A stretch of DNA of 63,747 bases from Elsinoe ampelina (Eukaryota), in the NCBI GenBank assembly GCA_010093995.1, contig ML992501.1:2930244-2993990 (forward strand). The letters are read 5' to 3'. Positions 39,801 to 51,719 of this stretch are shown here, in pieces; the first letter of the stretch is position 1, and each line of letters opens with the position of its first letter. The position numbers were made by a program, and so were the translations under genes. The notes under the pieces are model-generated. The model worked only from the letters and a program-made list of their open reading frames with translations. It made no database searches and was not told the DNA's origin.

Positions 39801-42800
39801 GAGGAGTATCTCAAGGGCATTTTTGAGGAAATTGCGTCCAACGAGATCGTACTGAACACGGAGAGAGAGACTGCGGCTAATCTTGGACTTCTTCCGCAGC
39901 CCAGCGCCGGATTCGCTGCGGGACTTGGACAAGCTCTCGCGACTGTTGGACGAGATCTACAAAGAGAGGCATACAACCAAGCATCAGAAGAGATGGCAAA
40001 CAAGACCGAAGCTCTGTTCAAGAACCTTTTGCGGGCACAAAAAAAGGGTTCATCGAAGAGCCATACCTCTCGTTTCATTCCTGCTCAGTCGTTCCGGCAT
40101 GTTGGTCCAATGTTCGAGGTTGTTTGGATGTCCTACCTTACGTCCTTATCTGGCCACGTGCAGGAGACCAACAACATCGAAGCCATCAAGCTTTGCATGG
40201 AGGGCCTGAAACTCGCTGTCCGTATTACTTGCTTGTTCGATCTTCAAGATCCTCGTCAAGCATTCATCTCATCGCTCACACGATTTACAAATCTCTACAA
40301 CCTCAGCGAGATGAAGGCGAAGAACCTCGAAGCTCTCAAGACATTGCTTGACACTGCGTACATCGAGGGCAACCTGTTGAGGGAATCTTGGCGAGATGTC
40401 CTGACCGCCATCAGCCAGCTGGATCGATTCCAGCTCATATCTGGAGGTGTCCGTGAGAACGAAGTGCCGGATGTTATGCGAAGACAAGCACCGCAGACAC
40501 CATCGAGCGCCCGGAGAGGTGCTGCTAGACGACCAGGTCGGACAGAGTCAGGATTCCATGCCGACATCGCAGAGGAAAGCAGATCTGCCGATATGATCAG
40601 AAGTGTCGATCGAATCTTCACAAACACTGAACATCTGTCGGGTGAAGCTATTGTACACTTTGTCCGAGCTTTGACGCAAGTCAGCTGGCAAGAAATCCAG
40701 TCTTCCGGCCAGAGTGAGTCGCCGAGAACATACAGCTTGCAGAAGATCGTCGAAGTCAGTGGCTACAACATGACGAGAGTCCGATTCGAATGGACAAACA
40801 TCTGGCATGTTCTGGGAGACCATTTCGTCCAGGTGGGCTGCCACAACAACACGAGTGTTGTGTACTTTGCCATGAACTCTCTCCGTCAGCTATCGATGCA
40901 ATTCATGCAGATTGAGGAGCTACCTGGTTTCAAATTCCAGAAAGACTTCTTGAAGCCTTTTGAGCATATCTTGAGCAATGCCACTCAGGTGCCAGTCAAA
41001 GATATGGTGCTGAGATGTCTCATTCAGATGATCCAGGCACGAGGTGACAATATTCGATCAGGTTGGCGGACCATGTTTGGTGTCTTCACGACTGCAGCTA
41101 AAGAACCATACGAGGCGATTGTCAATCTCGCATTCGACAACGTCACGTCGGTCTACAATGACCGTTTCGGCATCGTCGTCTCGCAAGGTGCCTTTGCCGA
41201 CTTGATTGTTTGCCTGACGGAGTTCTCCAAGAATGGCAAGTTCCAGAAAAAGTCGTTGCAGGCTATCGAGACACTCAAGGCGACTGTCCCAAAGATGCTG
41301 CGAACCCCTGAATGTCCGCTCAGCCAGAAGTCGGATACGTTAAAGGACCATCCCACTTCAGATGCAGTACCGAAGCAACCGACGAGGCAAACCTCGGAGG
41401 AGCAATTTTGGTTCCCTGTCCTCTTCGCCTACCACGATGTCTTGATGACAGGCGAAGATCTGGAGGTCCGATCACGAGCTCTCACCTACCTCTTCGAGAC
41501 CTTGACCAGATATGGACGAGACTTCCCACGGGACTTCTGGGACATTCTCTGGCGGCAGCTACTGTATCCGATCTTCATGGTTCTCAAGTCAAAATCGGAA
41601 ATGTCAAAAGCACTAAACCATGAGGAGCTCTCGGTGTGGTTGTCAACAACCATGATACAGGCTCTCCGAAACATGATCACCCTCTACACTCACTTCTTCG
41701 ATTCGCTTGAGTATATGCTCGACCGCTTTTTGGATCTCCTTGCTCTCTGTATTTGTCAAGAAAATGATACCCTCGCGCGCATTGGCAGTAATTGTCTGCA
41801 GCAACTGATTCTTCAGAACGTCACCAGATTTAATCAAGCCCATTGGGAGAAGATTGTGGGCGCCTTTGTAGAGCTGTTCAACAGGACAGAAGCCACCGCA
41901 CTCTTCTCCGCCGCCACCTCTGCGCATTATCGCAAAGAGTCGGCATCTTCAATTAATGCTCCAACGAGCCCGCCAGCGGACCTCACGAATGGAGAAGCCG
42001 CCAAAGGGTCAGAGACAAGAGAGAACGGCACTGCAGACCTCCAATTAGAACCAAAGACGAACGGAGATACGCCAGACAAGAGCCATCTTGATGTCGGGAA
42101 CGCTTCGGCAGACCCGCCCCGAGCATCTTCTGTCTCATCCTACCAGCGGCCGCCATCACAACATCGGAATGAGCCTGATCTGGAGTCATTCCACCCGGAG
42201 ACCACTCAGCAAGCACCTGTCGTGGTCACTGCCGCCCGTCGCCGCTTCTTCAATCAGATTATCACGAAGTGCGTCCTTCAATTACTTATGATCGAGACCG
42301 TCTCCGAGCTCTTTAGCAACGACGCAGTGTACGCTTCTATCCCATCTCACGAGCTTCTGCGCCTTATGGCACTCCTCAAGAAGTCCTACCACTTCGCCAA
42401 GCGCTTCAATGAAGACCGCGAGCTGCGTAGCCGGCTCTTCAGAGAAGGCTTCATGCGACAACCACCAAACTTGCTCAAGCAGGAGAGCGGATCAGCTAGT
42501 GTCTACGTCTCTATCCTGCTGAGAATGTACAACGACGAGGGCGAAGAGCGCAAGGCTTCTCGTGGCGAGACAGAGAAAGCGCTCATCCCTCTCTGCGCCG
42601 ATATTCTGAGCAGCTACATTGAGCTGGACGAGGAGACTCAGCAGCGGAACATCGTCACATGGCGACCTGTAGTCGTGGACGTTCTAGAGGGTTGCACCGC
42701 ATTCGACGACCAGGAATTCGATCGCAACCTGGAAACATTCGCACCACTCGCCGTGGGTCTGATGGGCAAGGACATGGGTCCTGAGCTGCAACGGGCGGTG

Positions 42801-42926
42801 CAAGGTCTGTGGGCCAAGGTCACGGAGGTGAAGATTGGGGTCAAGGTGCCGGACAATGGTAGGTATCTCATGTCACCGGTAAAGGCAGGGTTTGGGAGGC
42901 GGGGAAGCAAGGCTAGTAGGTCGTAG
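36891..42926 (+). CDS. SEC7: Sec7/BIG-family ARF guanine nucleotide exchange factor, 2011 aa, intronless
   Basis: DCB and HUS regions (YLNYDCD), Sec7 domain FRLPGEAQKIDR with the glutamate finger, IMLNTD, and HDS domains. Confidence 0.97.
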   Translation: MADPEVVRNEEEQDTSSIPPQAPETPSEVDHDTESAPIPDHEDSPVNGQSPTQAEVEKSAAQPGQVEDTKAQETDVQQTPIQDRPHISTPATPATPNGDRRPTPTREESNQSSEVPVRSSRQTSLSQTIDTGRRRTDSASTSATTATTRSAPRTSMVFVQAALETIANSKDARKRKPLLDASQKALSLIKGQGDLSQTPPEIIFLPLQLATEASTISIVTTALDCIGKLISYSYFAVSGDTPGEEQKAPLIERAIDTICDCFQGEATPNEVQMQIIKSLLSAILNDKIVVHGAGLLKSVRQIYNIFLLSKSSPNQQIAQGTLTQMVGTVFERVKVRLASRSARFNSSKTSLNSGPYADPAMSPDTPLTAHPDMENRPSTSGAPSEADDDGASVTDAGDDEPEGTKMTLQTFETRKSFDDARIADNAPTMVTRVRRQRASTRSVSGPEIPAITIGDSEESTEEDEEDEIYIKDAFLVFRAMCKLSTKALTVEDAVDVRSQGMRSKLLSLHIIQNVLHNHPIIFTSPHATIRSSNNNDPTSFTQAIKQYLCLSLSRNGSSSNNRVFEVSAEIFSLMVQHLRVMLKREIEVFLKEIYLAVLDKRSAPPFQKQYIIYVFSRLVKDAKALVEIYLNYDCDRAALDNMYQRIIEHISRLASSPVTVLAEQEHLYFDTLSQYRNGPSEWQNKSVLPQSLSSATITSAPDLDRGIPTDYMLKQESLDCLVESLRSMVSWSQQGIAYTAATMANGGLRSSTDEIRDSIDTRDNGGTSASSPLPLSAESGPPISPATPIAEDDPAELERVKQHKTALNNAVRQFNYKPKRGIKSLVQGGFIPSNSPQDIARFMFTNEKIDKKALGEFLGEGDAENIAIMHAFVDQMEFAKTRFVDALRKFLQSFRLPGEAQKIDRLMLKFAERYTSGNPNAFANADTAYVLGYSVIMLNTDQHSSNVKKKMTPEDFIKNNRGINDNADLPEEYLKGIFEEIASNEIVLNTERETAANLGLLPQPSAGFAAGLGQALATVGRDLQREAYNQASEEMANKTEALFKNLLRAQKKGSSKSHTSRFIPAQSFRHVGPMFEVVWMSYLTSLSGHVQETNNIEAIKLCMEGLKLAVRITCLFDLQDPRQAFISSLTRFTNLYNLSEMKAKNLEALKTLLDTAYIEGNLLRESWRDVLTAISQLDRFQLISGGVRENEVPDVMRRQAPQTPSSARRGAARRPGRTESGFHADIAEESRSADMIRSVDRIFTNTEHLSGEAIVHFVRALTQVSWQEIQSSGQSESPRTYSLQKIVEVSGYNMTRVRFEWTNIWHVLGDHFVQVGCHNNTSVVYFAMNSLRQLSMQFMQIEELPGFKFQKDFLKPFEHILSNATQVPVKDMVLRCLIQMIQARGDNIRSGWRTMFGVFTTAAKEPYEAIVNLAFDNVTSVYNDRFGIVVSQGAFADLIVCLTEFSKNGKFQKKSLQAIETLKATVPKMLRTPECPLSQKSDTLKDHPTSDAVPKQPTRQTSEEQFWFPVLFAYHDVLMTGEDLEVRSRALTYLFETLTRYGRDFPRDFWDILWRQLLYPIFMVLKSKSEMSKALNHEELSVWLSTTMIQALRNMITLYTHFFDSLEYMLDRFLDLLALCICQENDTLARIGSNCLQQLILQNVTRFNQAHWEKIVGAFVELFNRTEATALFSAATSAHYRKESASSINAPTSPPADLTNGEAAKGSETRENGTADLQLEPKTNGDTPDKSHLDVGNASADPPRASSVSSYQRPPSQHRNEPDLESFHPETTQQAPVVVTAARRRFFNQIITKCVLQLLMIETVSELFSNDAVYASIPSHELLRLMALLKKSYHFAKRFNEDRELRSRLFREGFMRQPPNLLKQESGSASVYVSILLRMYNDEGEERKASRGETEKALIPLCADILSSYIELDEETQQRNIVTWRPVVVDVLEGCTAFDDQEFDRNLETFAPLAVGLMGKDMGPELQRAVQGLWAKVTEVKIGVKVPDNGRYLMSPVKAGFGRRGSKASRS

Positions 42927-43249
42927 AAAGACCAGGGACGTCTTGGGGTTATGGTGTAAGGGAGTAGAAGGAAGGAAAAGCCATGGCATCATGTAGCGAG
43001 CATTTGTATGAATTACTTCTATGAAGGCCGCGGCCCGACTCGCGCAGCACTACGCAAATGCGGCGACTCCATTGGTCGATATCGAGTTTTGCCGCCAGTA
43101 CAATGCTACTTCGACGCCCTCAGCTTGCCTGAATTCACCATGCGGCACAGTGCAGTCGTCACAGCGCAACCTGAATACCTGGACAGATATCAATTCACGA
43201 TGCCGCTGCCACTTTCGTCTAGCCTTCTGTCACTCCGTCGTTTGTGCAC

Positions 43250-46200
43250 ATGGATCCCATCACCACTTTGAGTCTTGTGGCGAACGTTTTCCAAATTATA
43301 CAGGCAGGTCACGCAGCCATTCAAATATGCAAGAAGATCCACCGTGGAGAAGATGTCAAAGCGGGCGCCACAGCAAGTGCTCGTCAGCTCACTAGCTCAA
43401 CTGAGACGATCACTTCGACCCTTCGGAAAGGAATGCAAGCTGATGCTAATGTCTGCGAGGATGACAGATCCCTGCTGGAGGCGGCGGGAGCTTGTTCCGA
43501 AGTCGCAAGACAGCTTTCACAACATTTGAAAGCTTACAGTCAGGATGCATCACAGTCGGGCCGCAAATTCCATTCAATCAGATCGGCAGTGAAGCTGTTC
43601 TTCGACCAGGAGATACCAGCGCTGCAGGAGACACTTCATCGGCATGAACAGCTGCTGCAGACCGAGTGCTTGACCAATACTATGTCAGTGAGCCCCGCCT
43701 TGCGGGAATGAGGTGAGACCTCTAACATCCTCCAGTACGAAGCTCAAATCAATACAAGCAGTACTTGACAAGCACACTGCTTACCATGAGAGAACACACT
43801 CAGCGGTGATTGATCTGCAGGATAACATGAATCAACAAGCGGTAGCCCGAGATCTGCAACATCGTCGACAACATCTGCTGGATTCTCTGCGCTCCAATCA
43901 AAGTCAAGACCGTCGTGACCAGATACTACCACCTCTCGAGGGGACATTCCAATGGATCTTCTCGCTTGTCAAGAAGTGGGAACCTTCCCATGGAGCCTTG
44001 GAGTGGTATGCATCTAACGAGACGGTGTATTGGATAATCGGCAGGCCAGGCAGCGGTAAGAGTACCTTGATGAGACTTCTTGACGTGGATCAGAGGACTC
44101 GTGATCTATTCAAATATGCCAGCGCAGACGACGAACTCCTACGTATCTCGTTCTACTTTGACCAAGCAGGTGTCGGGTCTCAACAAAACATACACGCTAT
44201 GCTGAAGTCGCTGTTATCCCAATGCTACAACCAGATCGACGGCGCCACATTGGACAAGCTGTGCTCATTTCCGAACCTGGTCCCGGAATGGACAATTTTC
44301 ACACTTAAGAAACACCTCGAAGAGGTACTTCAGGAACTTGCAGCAACAAGACCAATACTCATTCTTGTCGATGCCGCGGATGAAAGCAGGAATGGCGCCG
44401 AGGAGGTTGCAGAACTACTAAAGTCGCTGGCTGAGCGAACTAAAGTGCGTCTCATCTTAAGCTTGCGTAGCTTCGAGATATACAAACATCTGTACTCGGC
44501 CGATACACACCTGGAGCTACAAAGTATGACCGCGAAGGATGTCCATTTGATAGTTGACAGCAGAGCCAAAGCTCTGAATGAGCAATTTGAGAAGGCTGGA
44601 GTCTCTGAAGACCAGATGAAGGAAATATGCAAAACCATCATTCAGAAGTCCGAGGGCTCGTTGCTGTGGGTTCATGTTGCCATTCAGCAAATCAAGTCCG
44701 GACTCGCTCATGCAGAATGGCCAACCCAACTGATTCGAAGGTTGCAGAGACTGCCGGGAGACCTTGGAAAAGTGTTCGGACATATGCTCAATCAGATCGA
44801 CGACAACCATGTGGACCTTGTGATATCTTGTTTTCGGTTGATGCTCATGCGAAGGGAACAACCTCCACTCATTCTCAGCTATTTCGCATTCATGGATCCG
44901 GAGCTGGTGGTCTATCTGGATGAAGCTTCACCGTTCACTCGAGGGACAGTCTTGCGGCGCCTGCAGCGATTCAAAACTCAACTGCTTGCTCAGTCAGCTG
45001 GACTCCTGGTCGATAAGACCCACTATGTCAGCCCACACATTACATCATTCTCCATCTGGTTTGAGACAGATGACAGTGAGTTAGTACAAGCTGCAAGCAG
45101 CACGATCTATTTTGTGCACTCAATGGCGCAAGAAGCAGTGCGGCGATATCTGATCGAGCGTGGACACGATGCAGACACTCTGGACACCAACTGGGGCCTA
45201 CTCCTAGCCTGTAAGATTCGTCATCTGCGGTTCGAGCAGGCTTACGGTACATTTGCAGGAGTCTGCAAAGCCTTTGATTCATGTCTCGTTACTTTGGATT
45301 CTATGCCCACCAACCTCCAAGCGCATGCAATCAAAGCCATTCAGACCTTGATGGAGAAGTACTGCACAAAGGTTCGCACTCCAGAGTCTGAAACCTCAAA
45401 GATGCACTGGACATCATACCTGCTTTCTCGCGGATTGACCTCATCCCCAGACATGCGCACCAGATACGGACGTGAGCCAATCGATATGAATAGTGCGGTC
45501 GAGGACTTGCGGTATCTCTTCAGCTTGACGGCGCTTGTACCATGGCGTTGGATGCCTGATCTCTCGGACACCTTGTCTCTGTGCGCCTTTATAGGCTTCC
45601 ACTCGATCCTTGGAGAAGAGAACATCTCAGAGTTGGAGAGCTCTGCTGGCAGTGTCGTCATAGGACTCGTGGCTGGGCTATTACTGACGAATTACGCAGA
45701 CGACCTGGATCAGTACCTCCGTAACAGCGTGAACCTTATCGGCCGTTATGTCGACATGCTCGTACCGAGCTCATTGCAGGAAAACTTGACTATCAGGGGC
45801 TGCGGAGATGATAGCATCAGCTGTGCAGAGGTGCTTGTCTTTGTTCTCACCACTTTGGTAGTGCAGAACTCAAAGGATGACAAAAGCGCTGGCTATATGG
45901 GGACCTTTCATGGCGGCCGGTTTCATGTTCACGATGACATCCTCAAAGCCCTGTCAAGGCTGATCACGAATCTTATCAACTTTGACAGCTCAATCGGGCG
46001 GATGAGCTTCGATTTCTACATCAAGATGCCCGTACAGGTCCCTGAAGGCGATCCTGATCTCGACAAGATCTATCTCAAGCTGCGACTGAATTTAGCAGCA
46101 CTACTGGAGTGGCTCGAAGGATACGTGACCGGAGATACTTTGGAGGCACTATACGTCGCCATATCAGCCTTGGGCTTAACGCCATCTGCTCAGATCTGTC

Positions 46201-46670
46201 ATGTCGGTATCATCAAAGAGAGTACCAGACTACGCTGGACACCATCCGAGGAGCAAGTCATCGCGGGAGAGTACCTAACCCTGCTCCTTCGACCTCGGCT
46301 CTCCAAAGGACCAGAAAAGCTCAGTCTCATCCCTGAGCATGTCCAGGACTGGCTGAACGAACGCATCAAACATTGGGTTGCTGAAGCTGTGCACGGGGAG
46401 CAAGGTGACCGTCACCGTCAGACGATCATACCACGGGAGGGACCTTCACAACACTGGTACGAAGAGTTTGGAGTCCTGGACTGGTTCGCCGAGGACGAAA
46501 GACTTGCCCACAAACATCGAATGGCGTCCACAGCGAAACGAGGAGATGAGCTACCAATAGAAGAGAAGTCGGACACAGTCGACTCGGGAAATTCAATCGA
46601 GCGTACGAAGCTGGTCGACGAAGAAATTACCTGCGGAGATGAGGGCACTAGATTATTTCGCTACTACTAG
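43250..46670 (+). CDS. Fungal STAND/NLR-like protein: SesA/HeLo-like N-terminus, NACHT NTPase, unrecognised C-terminus
   Basis: MDPITTLSLVANVFQII N-terminal motif; GTFQWIF; Walker A GRPGSGKST; Walker B ILVDAADE; KSEGSLLWV. Intron 43684-43735. Confidence 0.85.
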
Positions 46671-46712
46671 TCTCATACCCAACGTACCCTCCTACCATCT
46701 GCCTCGGCCGGG

Positions 46713-48497
46713 TCACTTCTCCACCGCCGGCTTCTTCACCGACCTCCACTCCAATCCCAGCGACGCCACCAAAGCCAACACTCCTCCCCCAATCCCTACA
46801 TAAAACACGTTTCTCACACCCTTGTTATACGCCTCCAACACCAACCCCATCTGGCTCTCGGGCACTAAACGTCTAATATCCGTCGCCCCCACCCTCGCGA
46901 TACTCGAGGTATCAAACCCGGGCAAGGACGCCGCCAGCTCGGAGGATAGGGTCTGCGTCAGTACAGCCTGGCAAATGCTCACGAAGACGGTGGAGCCGAG
47001 GATCTGGCAGAAGGTGATGAAGGTGATGCCCGTCGGGACGTCGGTGTCCGCGAGAACGGTTTGGGCGGCCGTGATGGGTTGCTGCAGACAAAGACCGATA
47101 CCCGCGCCGACGAGGATCTATCGAAACGTGAGCGGGGACCGGCAGTGTGAGATAGGGGAACAAGTTGCTTACCTGGAAGCCGATCCAGCCTGCCTTCCCC
47201 GTGTCTGGTCGCAGGGTGGTGAAGGCTCCGCTGGCGGCGATGAGGATCGCGGAGCCGAGGATGAGGAAGGGCGTGTAGTAGCCCACTTTTGACACCGCGA
47301 CGCCGCTGATGATAGCGAAGAGGACGGTGGACAGGAAGTAAGGGATCAGCCGGATGCCGGCTTCGCTGGCTGAGACGCCTTGGACTACTTGGAACCAGAG
47401 GGGTAGGTAGAAGGCGGTGATGACGAGTGCTCCGCCGATGCCGACGAAGGAGATGGCTGCTGCGGCGATGGTACGTTGGCGGACGATTCGAGGAGGCGCG
47501 GTGCCGTTTTCTTGGACCCAGAGCTGGGCGAGGGCGAAGGCGATCATGAGGAGGACGCCGACTACTAGAGTTGCGATCACGCGGGCGTCGGTCCAGGGGT
47601 AGATGATGCCGCCCCATTGGAGGGCGAGCAAGAGGCAGAGAAGGCCGGGGAAGATACATGCGTTACCGAGAGGGTCGAATTTCTTTGCGACGTCGAGCCA
47701 GGTGCCTTCGATTTTGTCCAGAGCTGGTGAAGCTGGTAGAACAAAGATCAGTCCGATCAGAGCGATCGCGCCTACTGGTAGAGAGATGTAGAAGCACCAC
47801 CGCCAGCTGACGTGCGTGGTGAAGGCGCCCCCGAGGATCGGCCCGACGACCGACGATAGACCGAACATGGCACCTAGCAGACCTTGCCACTTTGGTCGCT
47901 TCTCTAGCGGCAAGATGTCTCGAACGATGATTTGCGTCCCGACGAGGATGCCCGCAGCCCCAACACCAGTGATGGCGCGGCCGATGATGAAAGCGACTGA
48001 GTTAGGCGCTGTAGCGCATACTACGCTGCCGATCTCGAAGATGATGACGCTGGTGACGGTAGTCCATTTGGCTGGGAAGTACTTCTGGAGGAGTGTCAGC
48101 GGATGTTGGAGGACAACGCAGGAGTGGCGTGCGTAGATCTTTCCCATTGGAAGCTGGAAGACGCAATTGCAGAGTGTGAATGCTGTCTGGTACCACGAGA
48201 TGTCACCGAAGCTTTGGAACTCGTCTGAGATGGCTGGGACGGCTACTCCGACTATGGTGCGGTCCTGGTAGGCGTGTTAGTGTGGGGAGGGAGGAAGAGT
48301 GTTAGGGATGGTGATGGAGAACGTACGAGAGCGGCTAGGAAGAAGGCGAGGCAGATGCTGATCATGGTTGGTAGGACCACCTTGAGGGGCGGATAGACTC
48401 GCTCGGGAGTGTCCTTGCTATGACAATCATGATCTGGCTCTTTCTCGATATCCTTTGGGATATTGCTCGGCCGAATATTTTCCGCTGGTGAAGCCAT
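46713..48497 (-). CDS. MFS DHA2 (14-TM) drug/toxin efflux transporter
   Basis: FFLAALDRTIV, IFEIGSVVCATAPNS, GRAITGVG, GPILGGAFT, WRWCFYI, YLPLWFQ, GLEWRSVK. Three introns, one of them GC-AG (48085-48132). Confidence 0.92.
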
Positions 48498-48789
48498 AGA
48501 TTGGATTGGGCGAAGGGTAAAGCAGACTGTTTCCACGAAAGTGTGGGAGATAGTATCATTCAATGACCAGAGACACTGTCATATATGTAGTCCTAATCAT
48601 CTGTGACGTGTGCATGTCTTTTCCTGGTGGCCATTGAACCATGCTCGGTCGTCCGCGCGAGCTCTATATATCGGGCGCGGGCCCGAGCCCGAAGCGCTTC
48701 TCTCCTCAAAGCTGACCTCCCCTCTAATAAGCTATGCATACACACCACAATGTGATCAACATGGTCTTTCTTTTGGATCCTATGATCAT

Positions 48790-50982
48790 ATGGAGTCGTC
48801 ATCACTCGCACTTGCAAACACAAGCTGCATTCATTGCGCGAAGCGCAAGGTAAAATGCGATCGCCAGATCCCCTGCTCGAGATGCAAGCAAAGGGGTGGA
48901 CCACGGTGCGAGTATGCTGCTGGTGATGGGGCTGTCAAGGGCCAGACAGGCCAGGCTCTCGTCAAGTCCCAGCAGGACAGAATCGCTCAGTTGGAGAACA
49001 TCATTCGTGAATCTGGTGGAACACTACCAGGCGGTCTCTCGATCAGCTCGCCAACAGTGGCTGCAGAAGTGGAAGCACCTGTACTACAAATTGACCAGGG
49101 CCTAAGTGATCGGCAACATGGCAGTCGTAAGCGAGCGAGACTCTCCGCCCTTGAGGGCGATGGAACACGTCAAGGACCAGACGGCGGCCTTGTCGAGCGC
49201 GAGGAAGACACGGCTTACATTGAGGCGTGAGTAGTCATCTGCTCGTGACATAGCAGCAAAACGCATTAACATGTACAACGTAGACCCATATGGTTCGGAT
49301 GGGATGAGACAAAGCAGCAAAGAGAGCACTCGACGAATGCACAAGTCGCTGTGGGACCAATCATCGATATGGCAGACGATAATCCCAAGGGGTACTACCA
49401 CACTCTACTCCAAGCTACCGACCGATTCGAGACTTTTGATGCGTTGCCTACACACGTCTCGCGGCAGCTTTGGCAGGCATACTTGACCAATGTACACCCC
49501 CTGACTAAGTTGTTCTTTGATTGGGACAAGGCGACGCTCATGGAGCGTGCAGCTGCGGATTTTGGTTGTCTGAGCGATGGTCAGCGGGCATTCGTGACAG
49601 CGATGTACTTCCTCGCTACGCTGAGTCTGTCCGAGGATGAGTGTACCTCGACGTTTGGCAACACAACTCCAAGCAAGGATGAGCTACTGCTGAGCTTGCA
49701 ACGGTCGACCGAGTCGGCTTTGCTGGCCGCAAGGTATGCCTCCACTGGAGAGCTGCAGGTCTTGCAAGCTATAGTCATGTACATCGTGAGTATCCCCCGC
49801 TCACTAAGAGTACTCTTGCTGACAGGGAACAGCTCGCTATGCGCAATCGCGCTCGCCCAGCTGAATGCTTCTCTCTTCAGGGCATTGCCGTTCGCATCGC
49901 TCAAAGAATAGGCATTCACCGTGATGGGGACGAGCTGGGCCTCCCGCCAGCCAAAGCTGAGGAGCGACGTCGCACATGGTGGCAGATGCAGTACATGGAG
50001 ATCATGATCAGCCAGCTCCTGGGATGTATTTCAGTCACACTGTACTGCAACTGGGACGCAAAGCTGCCTTCCAATCTCGACGACGAGGACGTCAAAGCCG
50101 ACACGAGAGAACTACCACCAGAACGTGAAGGTTTGACGAGCATGTCCTACTGCTTGTGGAGGTATGAGATTCCTCATATCCAGCGACAGAACTGGAATCC
50201 CACTCACGGAGCCATCTGGGGGTCTTCGAGCAGACTATCATCCGAGAAGAAGAAGATGCTGATGGAAGGGTTGCGGAAGCACTTTGGCGAAAAGTACCTT
50301 CAGTACTGCGAGCTCGTAAACCCTCTCCATGTCCAGATCCAGATAGGGCTGAACAGTACGCTGTTGGCATTACAGAGGGCTATACTGCAGCCAACAGTCG
50401 GGGTCAGTAGACTGTCTAGTATGGCTCCAGAAGACCGCGAAGAGCTGTTGAAGATCTGCAAGAAGACCATGGACTACTATCTGCTCACGCAAACGGATGC
50501 CTCCCTGGTAGGATTCCGCTGGCATAACGAGTGTTGGTTTCAATGGACAGCTTGTAGGTCCCTCCATTCAGCGAATGATCATTAGCTTACGTAGCACAGT
50601 CGTCTACCTCCTCGTGGAGACAGAACGCCGGGCCTCTGCACCAGAAGCCGCTAGTCTCTGGACACTGATCGAGAAGGTCTGCAATGCTCACCCTAAGATC
50701 ACAACCCACACGGCTCGTCCAGACGTCTCAGCCATCGGTCGTCTGATCCTGCTCGCCTGGCAGAGGCGGACCGAGTATCTGCTCACAGAGGGCAGACAAG
50801 AAGCCAAACCGTCTTGTGTTGAGATTTTCGAAACTGCCTACGGCAACGCTACAGGGCCTGGAGAGACCAATTTTCAAGACAACGGTCTCCTCGGTGACGC
50901 CGACTTTGACCTCGACCTCATAGATTGGTCAAGCTGGGAAGTGGGGGAGTTCTGGCCTGATACCTACGAAAGCACAACTTGA
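48790..50982 (+). CDS. Zn(II)2Cys6 transcription factor with a fungal-specific middle homology domain
   Basis: CIHCAKRKVKCDRQIPCSRCKQRGGPRC; YLTNVHPL; IAQRIGIHRDG...EERRRTWW; KLPSNLDD; acidic C-terminus. About three introns. Confidence 0.88.
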
Positions 50983-51049
50983 GACAGTGTGCACACAGCT
51001 ACCCTCAATCTACCCTCTCACTCCACTCTCCCCACGCATCCCCCAAGCC

Positions 51050-51719
51050 TCACTGTACTTTCAACACAACCCTCCCCAACCCCTCATCCCGCTCAAATGC
51101 TCCCTTCAACCCCTCCAACTCCCCCACATCCCACGAATTCATCACAAAACTCCCCTGCAAAAACGCCCCCTGCTCACTCGCCAACCAAACCGCCAACCCC
51201 GCCGGCAGACTCACATCATCCCAATCCAGACTCCCCTCGTCCAGCCCCGCATCCCTCGCTGGGTCCGTGAGGACTGTGCCTGGGTTGAAGGAATGCACCC
51301 TCACACCCTTGTCCTGATGCTCCTGTGCCACGTGGCGGAGCCAGGAGGAGAATGCCCCCTTTGTGGCGCCGTAGAGGGAGAGGAAAGGGTACAGCACGTG
51401 AGAAGCGTTGGTGCTGACGTCGTGGATGGTTCTCTTTACCGCAGGGTCGGCGGAATTGGAAAGGAAGGCGCGCACGACGTTGATGTTCCTCGACGTGGCC
51501 AGGAATTGCCACGGGTGCCAGCTCACTGTTCTGGGTGGTAAATCCTGCTCCGTCGTCATCGACCATAGATGTCCCAGGCTGCTGTGCCCTTTGCCGGCCA
51601 ATATAACGGCAAATAGTACCTTTCGCGATGCATCTTTGGCATTGCGGCGTTGAGCGATCACACTTTCGTTTAGTCTGAATACAGGCCAAGCATGACTTGT
51701 GTCGGGATGGCCCAGGCAT
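51050..51719 (-). pseudogene. Out-of-frame chimera: 5' fragment of a Zn2Cys6 TF joined to the 3' half of a short-chain dehydrogenase (SDR)
   Basis: One frame from ATG 51719 gives CLACIQTKRKCDRSTPQCQRCIAKGTIC. A different frame from about 51490 gives NINVVRAFL...YGATK...SFNPG...WLASEQGAFLQG...NSWDV. The SDR Rossmann TGxxxGxG motif is missing. Confidence 0.75.
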
